Shown here piece after piece: positions 32,118 through 40,146 of a DNA stretch of 64,000 nt. The DNA comes from Candidatus Latescibacterota bacterium (GTDB lineage: Bacteria > Latescibacterota > UBA2968 > GCA-2709665): the NCBI GenBank assembly GCA_965222075.1, contig OZ244937.1, forward strand, positions 3,008,001 to 3,072,000, written 5' to 3'. The notes beneath the pieces were generated by a model. The model worked only from the letters and a program-made list of their open reading frames with translations. It made no database searches and was not told the DNA's origin. The position numbers were made by a program, and so were the translations under genes. Numbering within the stretch: the first letter of the stretch is position 1; each line of letters starts with the position of its first letter.

Positions 32118-32337
32118 TCACTATACCGCAACACATCCACCGGGTTCGCCCGCGCCGCACGGACCACTTAAACCCAAGAAACACAATAAGTTCTTCTGAA
32201 ATCTGAAAGCCTATTTTCTAAGCAGCAGCGTCTGAGCAGCCCCCGCGGCCTTTTTCCTGGGCGAAGGTGAAAAAGGCCAAAAGCAAAAAAGACACCCGCT
32301 CGGTATGAGCGGGTGTTATAAAAATAAAAAAAGAATA

Positions 32338-32411
32338 TGGCTGCCCCCCAGGGATTCGAACCCCGATCCTGCGGTCCAGAGCCGCATGTCTTGCCCTTAG
32401 ACGAGGGGGCA
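32338..32411 (-). tRNA. tRNA-Gln(CTG)
   Basis: Acceptor TGCCCCC/GGGGGCA, anticodon arm TGCGG-CTCTGGA-CCGCA, GTTCGAATC, encoded CCA. Confidence 0.96.
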
Positions 32412-32473
32412 GCACAAACAATCAGGGAATTGAAATGACGTCGGATTTATTGAAAAGCTTTCCGGTCCCCGCC

Positions 32474-33916
32474 TTAATCCGCCGGAACCGTATCCTCCTG
32501 TCCCAAAACCTCAAGCGCCTTCCGCATCCGTCGGATGCAGGTCTCCTTTCCCAGCACCTCCATCAACTCGAACAGCCCCGGCCCGAAGCCGACGCCGCTT
32601 AGCGCCAGTCGGGTCGGGTGAATCAGCTTCGCCGTGGAAATCCCCAGTTCACCGGCCAGCGTCCGCGTGGCCGCTTCGACCTCCGATTCGCCGAACCCCT
32701 CCAGCGCCTCCAGCCGCGAAATCAGCGTCTCCAGCCGGGCCGGCGTATCGGCCTTCCACTGCTTCTTCCTGGCCTTTCCCTCGTAGTGATCCGGATCGTT
32801 GAAAAAATATCCGAACGTCCGGAACTCCTGAAGCGTGCGGACCCGGGGCTGCAGCAGACCCACGATCTTCTCCAACACCGCCCTCCGGGCGTCCGCCTCA
32901 CCGTCCTTAATCCACCCCTCGTCCCTCCAGCGCCACACCGCCTCCTGCACCAGGTCTGCATGCGGTTTTGCCCGGATGTGCTCGCCGTTGAGCCATTCCA
33001 GCTTCTGCTCGTCGAACACCGCATCCTTTTCCAGCATGCCCTCAACGGTGAAAGCCTCGATCAATTCCTCACGCGTAAAAAACTCCCGCCCGTCCCCCGG
33101 CGCCCATCCCAGCAGCGCCAGGAAATTGAACATCGCTTCGGACAGATAGCCCTTCTCCCGGTATTCCGTAACCGTGGTCTCTCCACGACGCTTGCTCAAC
33201 TTCCTCCCGTCCGGACCCAGCGTGAGCGTATTGTGCGCATACTCCGGAACTTCCCACCCCAGCGCCTCAAACAGCATCATCTGCTTGGGCGTATTGGAGA
33301 GGTGATCGCCCCCCCGCAGCACAAAGCTAACCCCCATCTCGTAGTCGTCCACCACCACGGCAAGGTGGTAAGTGGGAGACCCATCGGCCCGGAGAATAAC
33401 GAAATCCGAGATCACGCTGTTGTCCCAGCGAGACTCGCCCCGGATCCGGTCGTTCCACACTGTCTCCCCTTCCGGAATCCGAAAGCGCACCACCTTCGGC
33501 AGCCCCTGGGCCTCCTTTTCCGCGCGCTGTTCCGGGGTCAGATCCCGGTCGAACCTGAGCGGCCGCTTCTCCGCCACGGCCTGCTCGCGCTCGGCCTCCA
33601 ACGCTTCGGGGGTCAGATAAGAATAGTAGGCATGCCCACTTTCCAAAAGCTGTTCTGCCGCCTTGCGGTGAGCCTCCACATTCTGCGACTGATACACCGG
33701 CTCGCCGTCAAACGCAATGCCCAGCCAGCCCAAGCCTTCCAAGATCGTCGATAGCGATGCCTCAGTATACCGTTTCCGGTCAGTATCCTCCACCCGCAAC
33801 AGCAGCTTGCCACCGTAATGCTGTACGTAAAGATAGTTGAACAGCGCCGTACGCGCATTGCCCAGGTGAAACCCGCCCGTAGGGGAAGGCGCAAATCGAA
33901 GAATTGTCTCAGCCAT
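32474..33916 (-). CDS. gltX: Glutamyl-tRNA synthetase
   Basis: RFAPSPTG-HLGN, LRVEDTD, RGGDHLSNT, KLSKR; start MAETILRF. Confidence 0.97.
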   Translation of the reverse strand: MAETILRFAPSPTGGFHLGNARTALFNYLYVQHYGGKLLLRVEDTDRKRYTEASLSTILEGLGWLGIAFDGEPVYQSQNVEAHRKAAEQLLESGHAYYSYLTPEALEAEREQAVAEKRPLRFDRDLTPEQRAEKEAQGLPKVVRFRIPEGETVWNDRIRGESRWDNSVISDFVILRADGSPTYHLAVVVDDYEMGVSFVLRGGDHLSNTPKQMMLFEALGWEVPEYAHNTLTLGPDGRKLSKRRGETTVTEYREKGYLSEAMFNFLALLGWAPGDGREFFTREELIEAFTVEGMLEKDAVFDEQKLEWLNGEHIRAKPHADLVQEAVWRWRDEGWIKDGEADARRAVLEKIVGLLQPRVRTLQEFRTFGYFFNDPDHYEGKARKKQWKADTPARLETLISRLEALEGFGESEVEAATRTLAGELGISTAKLIHPTRLALSGVGFGPGLFELMEVLGKETCIRRMRKALEVLGQEDTVPAD

Positions 33917-34082
33917 AGGTCCAAAAAAAGGCAAAAACGGCGAAGAGAAAATCCGCCGCAAAATCAACGAATTATACACATTACATGTACGAAATAATCA
34001 ATGAGAACCGGGTTTAGGGATCAAAGCACCTGGGAACGAGGGATCTCGCCCTCTCACCCGTCTCGCCTCCCCTGCCTTCGGG

Positions 34083-34324
34083 GCGGGGTTGAAGGGGCTT
34101 TTCCGCGCAGATCCCCCCAGCACCACCGCCCAAAAACGCCCAAAAGGTCCGCAGGGCAGAAACGCCTGCTTACACCACAAGGGCAGTTCGCGGAAAAGCA
34201 GCCCCCGCCCCGCGGCGTCTCACGCACGCAGCGGCGTTTGAGCGGCCTGCCTGCAGCGCGGTGCGCCGCGCAGGCAGGCGCCCTTCTTTTTCGGCCTTTT
34301 TCTTGGGCGTGCAAGAAAAAGGCC
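34083..34324 (+). repeat. ~240-bp non-coding repeat, copy B (CCTG...CAGG insert at 34246-34278)
   Basis: Direct repeat of 31798-32036; partial copies at 32235-32278 and 34483-34513. Confidence 0.85.
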
Positions 34325-34412
34325 TCGCCGAAGGCATGGAGTGTGGAGGGGTTGTGGATGACGGAGACCGCAAGGTTATCTTCCAGGCAGCCTCTCAGTA
34401 TGTCAGAAATAT

Positions 34413-34441
34413 AATATAGAACCTGACCCCCTGCAAGTCAA
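34413..34441 (-). promoter_or_regulatory. Sigma70-type promoter upstream of gltX
   Basis: TTGACT-17 bp-TATATT. Confidence 0.55.
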
Positions 34442-34804
34442 ACCGAATGGATCGCCCAGGCTGAGAAGCTCCCCGCACACAGCGCCCTTCTTTTTCGGCC
34501 TTTTTCTTGGGCGAGGCAAGTTTCCGGAAAAAGCTTGTTAGAGGAACGTTTAATAAGGCATTAGAACAAAAGAACAGCCTTTCTTGGACCCGGGTATCTA
34601 CCAAAAGGTTATTTCGAGCAATCCAGGCAATCGGTCGTGTCGAAGCAAGTTTTTATGCCTCTAAAAAGAAGCTTGTTTGTGTTCCCTGTTTGCGATACAT
34701 TACCAACAACCAAAGACGGCGGCACCCATGGCCGGGGTTGATCCATGCGCCTGCGTACCACCAAACGCGGCAAGCAACGCTCAAGCTACTCCTTGAACCG
34801 CACG

Positions 34805-34831
34805 CCTGCCTGTGCGCCGCACGCAGACAGG
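34805..34831. repeat. 27-bp CCTG...CAGG hairpin element
   Basis: cctgcctgtgcgccgcacgcagacagg just upstream of the OMP start. Confidence 0.8.
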
Positions 34832-34848
34832 CAGACTGGGAAAAACCG

Positions 34849-35859
34849 ATGATCCGTTTCCACACATCATGGCTTCGGACAGCGCTTGTCGCGGCAGTCG
34901 CAGCGGCGGCTATGCCGGCCATGGCATTCGCGCAGCCCGTCCCGCCCACCACATCGCCTGTCGCCACCGGCCTACCTGCAGCGCAGAGCACTGCGCCTGC
35001 CTGTGCGCCTGCCTGTGCCGTTGGCACGGCAGACAGGTCGCACGCTTGCCTGCGCGCTGCGCGCCTGCCTGTGCGTTGCACGCAGACAGGCAAGCAGACA
35101 GACAGGCAGGCAGGCACGGCGGGGTCGGTATCTTCGGGGCCCACATCCCGGGATGATTTCTACCTCCGGGCCGGAGTTGTTCTCGACAGATCGGAAAAAA
35201 CGCGGTTCAAAGATGCGGACTGTACGAGCACCTCTCCGGCGGCCCTCTATGGCTGCGGGAACGGTATCGACAACGCGCCCCTGAGTTCGCTCGGCGATTT
35301 CGGAACGATGGCCGGTTTCGAGCTCGGGCTCGGCTATGCCGTGGCGCCCGCCCTGCGGCTCGAAGCCGTCATTCAGTACCGCCCGAACTTCTCCTTCGAA
35401 GGCCGCGCCAATTTTACTCAAACCACGGATCAACAAGCCGTCTCCGCGGACCTGTCCTCCCTGACCGGCATGCTTGCCGCTTACCTGGACCTCCCCGAAC
35501 TCGGCCTGCCCCGGCCCGGTCCCTTCAGCCCGTTCATCGGCGCCGGCGGCGGCCTGTCCCGCATCAATATCGATGAAACACATATGGCCTTCCCGAAGAC
35601 GACGACCATTGTTCCAGGCGGACAACGGGGCAATTTTGCCTGGATGCTGATGGCGGGATTCGCGGCATCCCCGCGGGAGAAGATAACGCTCGACCTCGCC
35701 TGGCGTTACACGGATCACGGCGCCGTCGAAACCGGCAGGGCCAAAGGCCGGATCGTCTGGCGCGACGGGAACCGCGACCCGCTGGAGATCGACCTCGCCG
35801 GAACGAGGGCCGACCTGCGAGGGCATGGACTCAGACTATCCTTGCGCTACGCATTCTGA
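34849..35859 (+). CDS. Outer-membrane beta-barrel protein (opacity/OmpA-like)
   Basis: Signal peptide MIRF...AMAFA, LGLGY, LRLE, PFIGAGGG, FAW, LDLAWRY, C-terminal LRYAF. Confidence 0.85.
   Translation: MIRFHTSWLRTALVAAVAAAAMPAMAFAQPVPPTTSPVATGLPAAQSTAPACAPACAVGTADRSHACLRAARLPVRCTQTGKQTDRQAGTAGSVSSGPTSRDDFYLRAGVVLDRSEKTRFKDADCTSTSPAALYGCGNGIDNAPLSSLGDFGTMAGFELGLGYAVAPALRLEAVIQYRPNFSFEGRANFTQTTDQQAVSADLSSLTGMLAAYLDLPELGLPRPGPFSPFIGAGGGLSRINIDETHMAFPKTTTIVPGGQRGNFAWMLMAGFAASPREKITLDLAWRYTDHGAVETGRAKGRIVWRDGNRDPLEIDLAGTRADLRGHGLRLSLRYAF
34971..35114. repeat. 144-bp in-frame nest of CCTG...CAGG elements within the OMP gene
   Basis: Several cctgcctg openings closed by cagacagg/caggcagg; length divisible by 3. 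Confidence 0.85.
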
Positions 35860-36083
35860 ATCCGGCGGCGCGGTCCGGTCTCCCCGGACGAGGCCATTCG
35901 GGCTGTCCCCGCATTCCGGAGTTGACTGTTTTAAACCGGGAGGGGTGTCAGGATGCAGTTACCATCGGGGGGGTCAGTGGAATACCGGGCGTCTGTGCGC
36001 AGGCAGGCGCGGTGGGTGAGCGCGCGGCCGGAGAGCCGCGGGGAAAAGAGCGTCAGCTGTTCGTCGGATGCGTTGAAAAATAG

Positions 36084-36176
<93 letters not shown>

Positions 36177-36209
36177 GGATCGCTAATCTTCACATGAGCT
36201 TAACTGTAA

Positions 36210-36238
36210 ATTATAACAAAAACAACCGCCAAAATCAA
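36210..36238 (-). promoter_or_regulatory. Sigma70 promoter of tRNA-Ser(GCT)
   Basis: TTGATT-17 bp-TATAAT. Confidence 0.65.
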
Positions 36239-36296
36239 GCCAAAACCCATGCCTCTTACCGCTTTTTGTATTTCGCGTCCCAGGAGGAACTTCGCT

Positions 36297-37160
36297 ATGT
36301 TCAGATGGACACTGATTGTCCTGTCGCTGGCCGTTTCCGGCTCAGCATTCGCGCAGAGAGACTTGTCCGGGGTCGAGATCAAAGCCACCAAACTCTCGGA
36401 TCACGTCTACATGCTGGAGGGACGTGGCGGCAACATCGGCGTGTCCGTCGGCAAAGACGGCGTCCTGATCATCGACGATCAGTTCGCGCCACTGGCCGAG
36501 AAGATTAGAGCCGTCATCGGTGAGCTGGGGGGCGCTGATCCGACCTTCATCCTGAACACGCACCATCACGGCGACCACACGGGCGGCAATGCATCTTTCG
36601 GCAAGAAAGGCGTCATTGTCGCACACCGGAATGTCCGAAATCGACTTGCCGCCGAACGCGTTGACGATAAGCCTCTGCCTGAAGCCGCCCTGCCGGAGAT
36701 TACCTTCGACGAAGGTCTCTCAATTCACTTCAACGGCGAAGAACTACGCGTCGTCCACTTCCCGAATGCCCACACCGACGGAGACGGCGTCGTCTTCTTT
36801 ACCGAATCCAACGTCGTCCACACCGGGGACCTCTTCTTCAACGGCAGATTTCCATACGTCGACCTCTCCAGCGGTGGAAGCGTTCAGGGATACACAGAGG
36901 CCGTCCGGTCCCTCCTGAAGCAAATTCCTGCCGATGCGGAAATCATCCCCGGCCACGGACCGCTCGCCAGGCTGGACGACCTGAGAACATCGCTCGAGAT
37001 GCTGGAAATGACCGTAGACCTCGTCCGGCAGGCCATCGGGGCCGGCAAGACGCTCGAGGAAATTCAGACCGCAGGGGTACCTGAAAAGTGGCAGTCGTGG
37101 GGCGAAGGATGGATGAGCACCGACCGCTGGCTCTCCATCGTCTACAACAGCTACAAATAG
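36297..37160 (+). CDS. Secreted MBL-fold metallo-hydrolase
   Basis: AGGAGG RBS, signal peptide, NTHHHGDHTGGN, AHTDGD, HTGD, IPGHG. Confidence 0.92.
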   Translation: MFRWTLIVLSLAVSGSAFAQRDLSGVEIKATKLSDHVYMLEGRGGNIGVSVGKDGVLIIDDQFAPLAEKIRAVIGELGGADPTFILNTHHHGDHTGGNASFGKKGVIVAHRNVRNRLAAERVDDKPLPEAALPEITFDEGLSIHFNGEELRVVHFPNAHTDGDGVVFFTESNVVHTGDLFFNGRFPYVDLSSGGSVQGYTEAVRSLLKQIPADAEIIPGHGPLARLDDLRTSLEMLEMTVDLVRQAIGAGKTLEEIQTAGVPEKWQSWGEGWMSTDRWLSIVYNSYK

Positions 37161-37242
37161 GCGTTGCCGGGTCTCAGCCGAAGCATCCATTGACTGCCGG
37201 CCAATCCCATCATTCCACGCTCGGATGGTCTCGAGCTTCTTG

Positions 37243-37554
37243 TTACTCCTTCCCCAACGGTTCGATGGAGAGTCTGAAACCGAGGCTGTTCAGGATTTTC
37301 TCCATTGTGTCCAAACGTGGATTGCCCTCTCTGGATAGCGCCTTGTATACATGGGCTCGGTTCAGGTTCGCCTGCCTGGCCAATCTTCCCAGGCCGCCCT
37401 GAGCCGCGGCTACATCTTTGAGCGCAAGCAGAAAGGCGGATATATCCTGGTCTCTGGCGTATTCCTCCAGGGAAACCTCAAGGTAGGCGCAAGCTCGTTC
37501 TGGATCGCTGAGGAATTCGAGATGGTGTTTTTCAAACGGGACGGAAGTTTTCAT
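37243..37554 (-). CDS. Addiction-module antidote (HTH, HI1420/HigA-like)
   Basis: FLLALKDVAAAQGGLGRLA...VYKALS-EGNPRLDT; ATGA overlap with toxin. Confidence 0.92.
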   Translation of the reverse strand: MKTSVPFEKHHLEFLSDPERACAYLEVSLEEYARDQDISAFLLALKDVAAAQGGLGRLARQANLNRAHVYKALSREGNPRLDTMEKILNSLGFRLSIEPLGKE

Positions 37555-37877
37555 CGGGAACGCTCCTTGTAGTCAGTCAGATAGGTTTTGGCCTGCTCGA
37601 TATCTCTCTGCTGCGTACTCTTGTCCCCGCCGCAGAGCAGGAGTACGATGTCGTGCCCTACACGGGTGAAATAGATTCGAAAACCCGGACCAAAGTCGAG
37701 GCGCATCTCAATAACACCGCCACCGACCGGTCGGTGGTCGCCCAAAAGGCCCAGGCTCAAACGGCGGAGACGGGCTTCTATGCGAGCCTGTGTCCGGATA
37801 TCCCGGAGCGTGCTGAACCATTCAGTGAAGGGCTGCTTAGCGTTTTGGGCGACGTAGATTTCAACGGTGAATTCCAT
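37551..37877 (-). CDS. RelE/ParE-family toxin (HI1419/HigB-like killer protein)
   Basis: PFTEWF, GLLGD-PVGGGVIEMRLDFGPGFRIYF, LLCGGDKSTQQRDI. Confidence 0.93.
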   Translation of the reverse strand: MEFTVEIYVAQNAKQPFTEWFSTLRDIRTQARIEARLRRLSLGLLGDHRPVGGGVIEMRLDFGPGFRIYFTRVGHDIVLLLCGGDKSTQQRDIEQAKTYLTDYKERSR

Positions 37878-38076
37878 TAGACCTAAAATAAGCGAGTATG
37901 AGCAATTTGAAACACTTAAATTCTCCCTAATACGCTGCAACTCAGGCGATTATGAAAATATCGGCTGTCTGTAAAAATGGGGCATTTCAAGTGAAAACCG
38001 GATTTTCGCGTGTTTTTTTTCGAATAGATTGTCCTTCAGGGCTTTAGCCTGAATAATTCACAAAAAAAAGGACCTC

Positions 38077-38319
38077 TCCCCCCGGCCCCCTCTCCTGCGA
38101 GGAGAGGGGGAGCCGAACGAAGTGTTGCGTAAACAACGTTTTACACATTCTGTGATTGCTCGGACAACGCCATCTCGTCACCCTCCCAATTGCAATTCGC
38201 CGACCAATCACGATGTTTCGACCGGATTTTCTTTCATTCGAAACGTCTTCATCCAATCCAACCGTTCATTAACCGATCACAGTTCCCCCTTCCTCTCAGG
38301 AAGGGGGGCAGGGGGTAGG
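38077..38319. repeat. Inverted pair of REP-like hairpins (38077-38110, 38285-38319)
   Basis: cccccggccccctctcctgcgaggagagggg and ccccttcctctcaggaaggggggcagggggtagg. Confidence 0.6.
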
Positions 38320-38583
38320 TCTCGTCTGTTTCAAACGACCCAAATCCAGAATGTATTACACATGGGGATTCACTCTCTCTATTCACTCAGAAGCTGTTTT
38401 TGCTTCGTGATACCGCTATCCGTGAAAATTCATGAATTATGTCAGGTTAGATGATTTTCCGATGTTCGGGATCGCTTCAACACGCTTATTTTAGGCCTAG
38501 TGCATCGCGGTGTAAATCTTTACACATGACAGCACTGCGGCTAATCTACTTGAGTCCCACGTTTTGGCGGAACTACATGGCGA

Positions 38584-39030
38584 TCAGGGAAATGGGTAAT
38601 AACTTTCGCCACGATGCACTAGTTTCTGCAATGCGAGGCCCGCAAAATCCGATGGTGAAGTCTGTTTCAGGTCAATGTAATGGACAGTGTCTGGCAAGCC
38701 GGGAATTGGAGTGTCGTCAAATCTCGCCGGCAGAATGTATTCCTGCTTTTCTTTCAATGCTCGGGCTTGCGCGCTTCGTCGCTCATGACTCGTCCACACC
38801 TTGTCGGCGTATTCTTTAGAAGCAAAGAGGATGCAGTACCTACAGAGATACTGATAGATCTTGTCCAGATGGGAATACAGATCCTTACCCCATAACTCTG
38901 CTTTAGCGTAGTCGTCAAAGAAGACACGGACGCCGCGCGACTTAAGTTTGTCAGCGATTTGTTCTACGTATCCCCGTTGTTCTCCGGCGAACGACAAGCA
39001 GACATCGTATTCAAAGTCTTTCTTACCCAT
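38584..39030 (-). CDS. Stand-alone TIR-domain protein (148 aa)
   Basis: YDVCLSFAGEQR, VRVFFD, LWGKDL, SKEY...WTSHE (catalytic Glu), YILP. Confidence 0.92.
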   Translation of the reverse strand: MGKKDFEYDVCLSFAGEQRGYVEQIADKLKSRGVRVFFDDYAKAELWGKDLYSHLDKIYQYLCRYCILFASKEYADKVWTSHERRSAQARALKEKQEYILPARFDDTPIPGLPDTVHYIDLKQTSPSDFAGLALQKLVHRGESYYPFP

Positions 39031-39439
39031 AAACAGCTCACCCTGTTTTTCCCGGTGCGACTGTGCTGATTCCAGCAACAACTCCGCGATTTCCGCAGCC
39101 GCCCGATCAACCGCTGCACTTCCCTATAGAGGCCCCGCACTTCCTTCAGCGTGTCATGAATCCCCGCCATGGCTCCCCTGACGGAATCTTTACCGACTGT
39201 CCATGGATTTCAATTTCATCGGCGGGACCCAATCCGAATGAGTTGCAGCGAGGCGATCTGTACGTGTTCCGGCTTCTTGCTGGGTTATCGATCTCGTTTT
39301 TCCTGAACCGCAAGTAGTGAAGGTGCGGTCTAACGCCGAAAAGTTCCGTGCATCCCCATTCATAACTGTATAAAATTGTATATGCTGACGACATAGTATA
39401 CGGTAACTTGTTTTATTTAAGTAAGTTACGAAATATATT

Positions 39440-39527
39440 TGGCGGTGGGGGTGGGATTCGAACCCACGGACCCGTGAGGATCAACGGTTTTCAAGACCGT
39501 CTCCTTCGACCGCTCGGACACCCCACC
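39440..39527 (-). tRNA. tRNA-Ser(TGA)
   Basis: GGTGGGG acceptor, ACGGT-CTTGAAA-ACCGT, long variable arm, CCA. Confidence 0.96.
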
Positions 39528-39541
39528 GGATCGTAGAAAAG

Positions 39542-39570
39542 ATAATAGAAAAGCCCCCACCCACTGTCAA
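39542..39570 (-). promoter_or_regulatory. Sigma70 promoter of tRNA-Ser(TGA)
   Basis: TTGACA-17 bp-TATTAT; a divergent TTGACA-18 bp-TACTTT at 39596-39625 faces acpS. Confidence 0.7.
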
Positions 39571-39740
39571 GCAATTTGTCCTGAAAAGATTGGAGTTGAC
39601 AAGTCGGGTACACAACCCTTACTTTGTTCCCATCTGCCGCCTGCCGGTCCACATTTTTTCCTCCTGATCCCTGACACAAAAAACGGTTGCTTTGATATGT
39701 TGATTCCTGTATTTTTAGGCGAGTTTAGAACCGGTTTCGG

Positions 39741-40136
39741 ATGGGCAGGCAGGTGATTGCCGCCATCGGAATAGACCTGGTGGATATCGACCGTATTCGG
39801 GCGGCCCACACACGCTGGGGCGACCGGTTTTTGAACCGGGTCTACACCCCCCACGAAATCGCTTACTGCTTCAAAAAGGGTAAAAATTACCGCTCTTTAG
39901 CGGCCCGTTTTGCCGCCAAAGAGGCCACCATGAAGGCCCTCGGCACCGGCTGGAAACGCGGGGTCCGGTGGGTTGACCTCGAAGTGATGCGCAAACCCGG
40001 TTCTGCGCCCGAGATGGTCCTGCACGGACGGTCCGCAGAATTGGCGGCAGGACGCCGCTTTCTGGTAAGCCTCACCCATACCGATACCCAGGCCATCGCC
40101 GTTGTCATCGCCCAATCGCCTCCCTCAACAACCTGA
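39741..40136 (+). CDS. acpS: Holo-ACP synthase
   Basis: GIDLVDIDRI, LAARFAAKEATMKALGTG, VSLTH; true start may be GTG 39753. Confidence 0.96.
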   Translation: MGRQVIAAIGIDLVDIDRIRAAHTRWGDRFLNRVYTPHEIAYCFKKGKNYRSLAARFAAKEATMKALGTGWKRGVRWVDLEVMRKPGSAPEMVLHGRSAELAAGRRFLVSLTHTDTQAIAVVIAQSPPSTT

Positions 40137-40146
40137 AAGCGGTCAG

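Noticed and set aside
31428-32199. Several overlapping ORFs (PACVRRTGR-like peptides), also 33998-34604
   Set aside because: Translations of palindromic repeats, not genes
31798-35114. Repeats as a CRISPR array
   Set aside because: Irregular spacing, variable loops, nesting and no unique equal-length spacers
38964-39394. Short ORFs upstream of TIR as a partner gene
   Set aside because: No recognisable domain in any frame; could be a decayed gene but cannot be supported by eye
39440-39527. Selenocysteine or suppressor tRNA
   Set aside because: Anticodon TGA reads UCA (Ser); ordinary 7-bp acceptor stem
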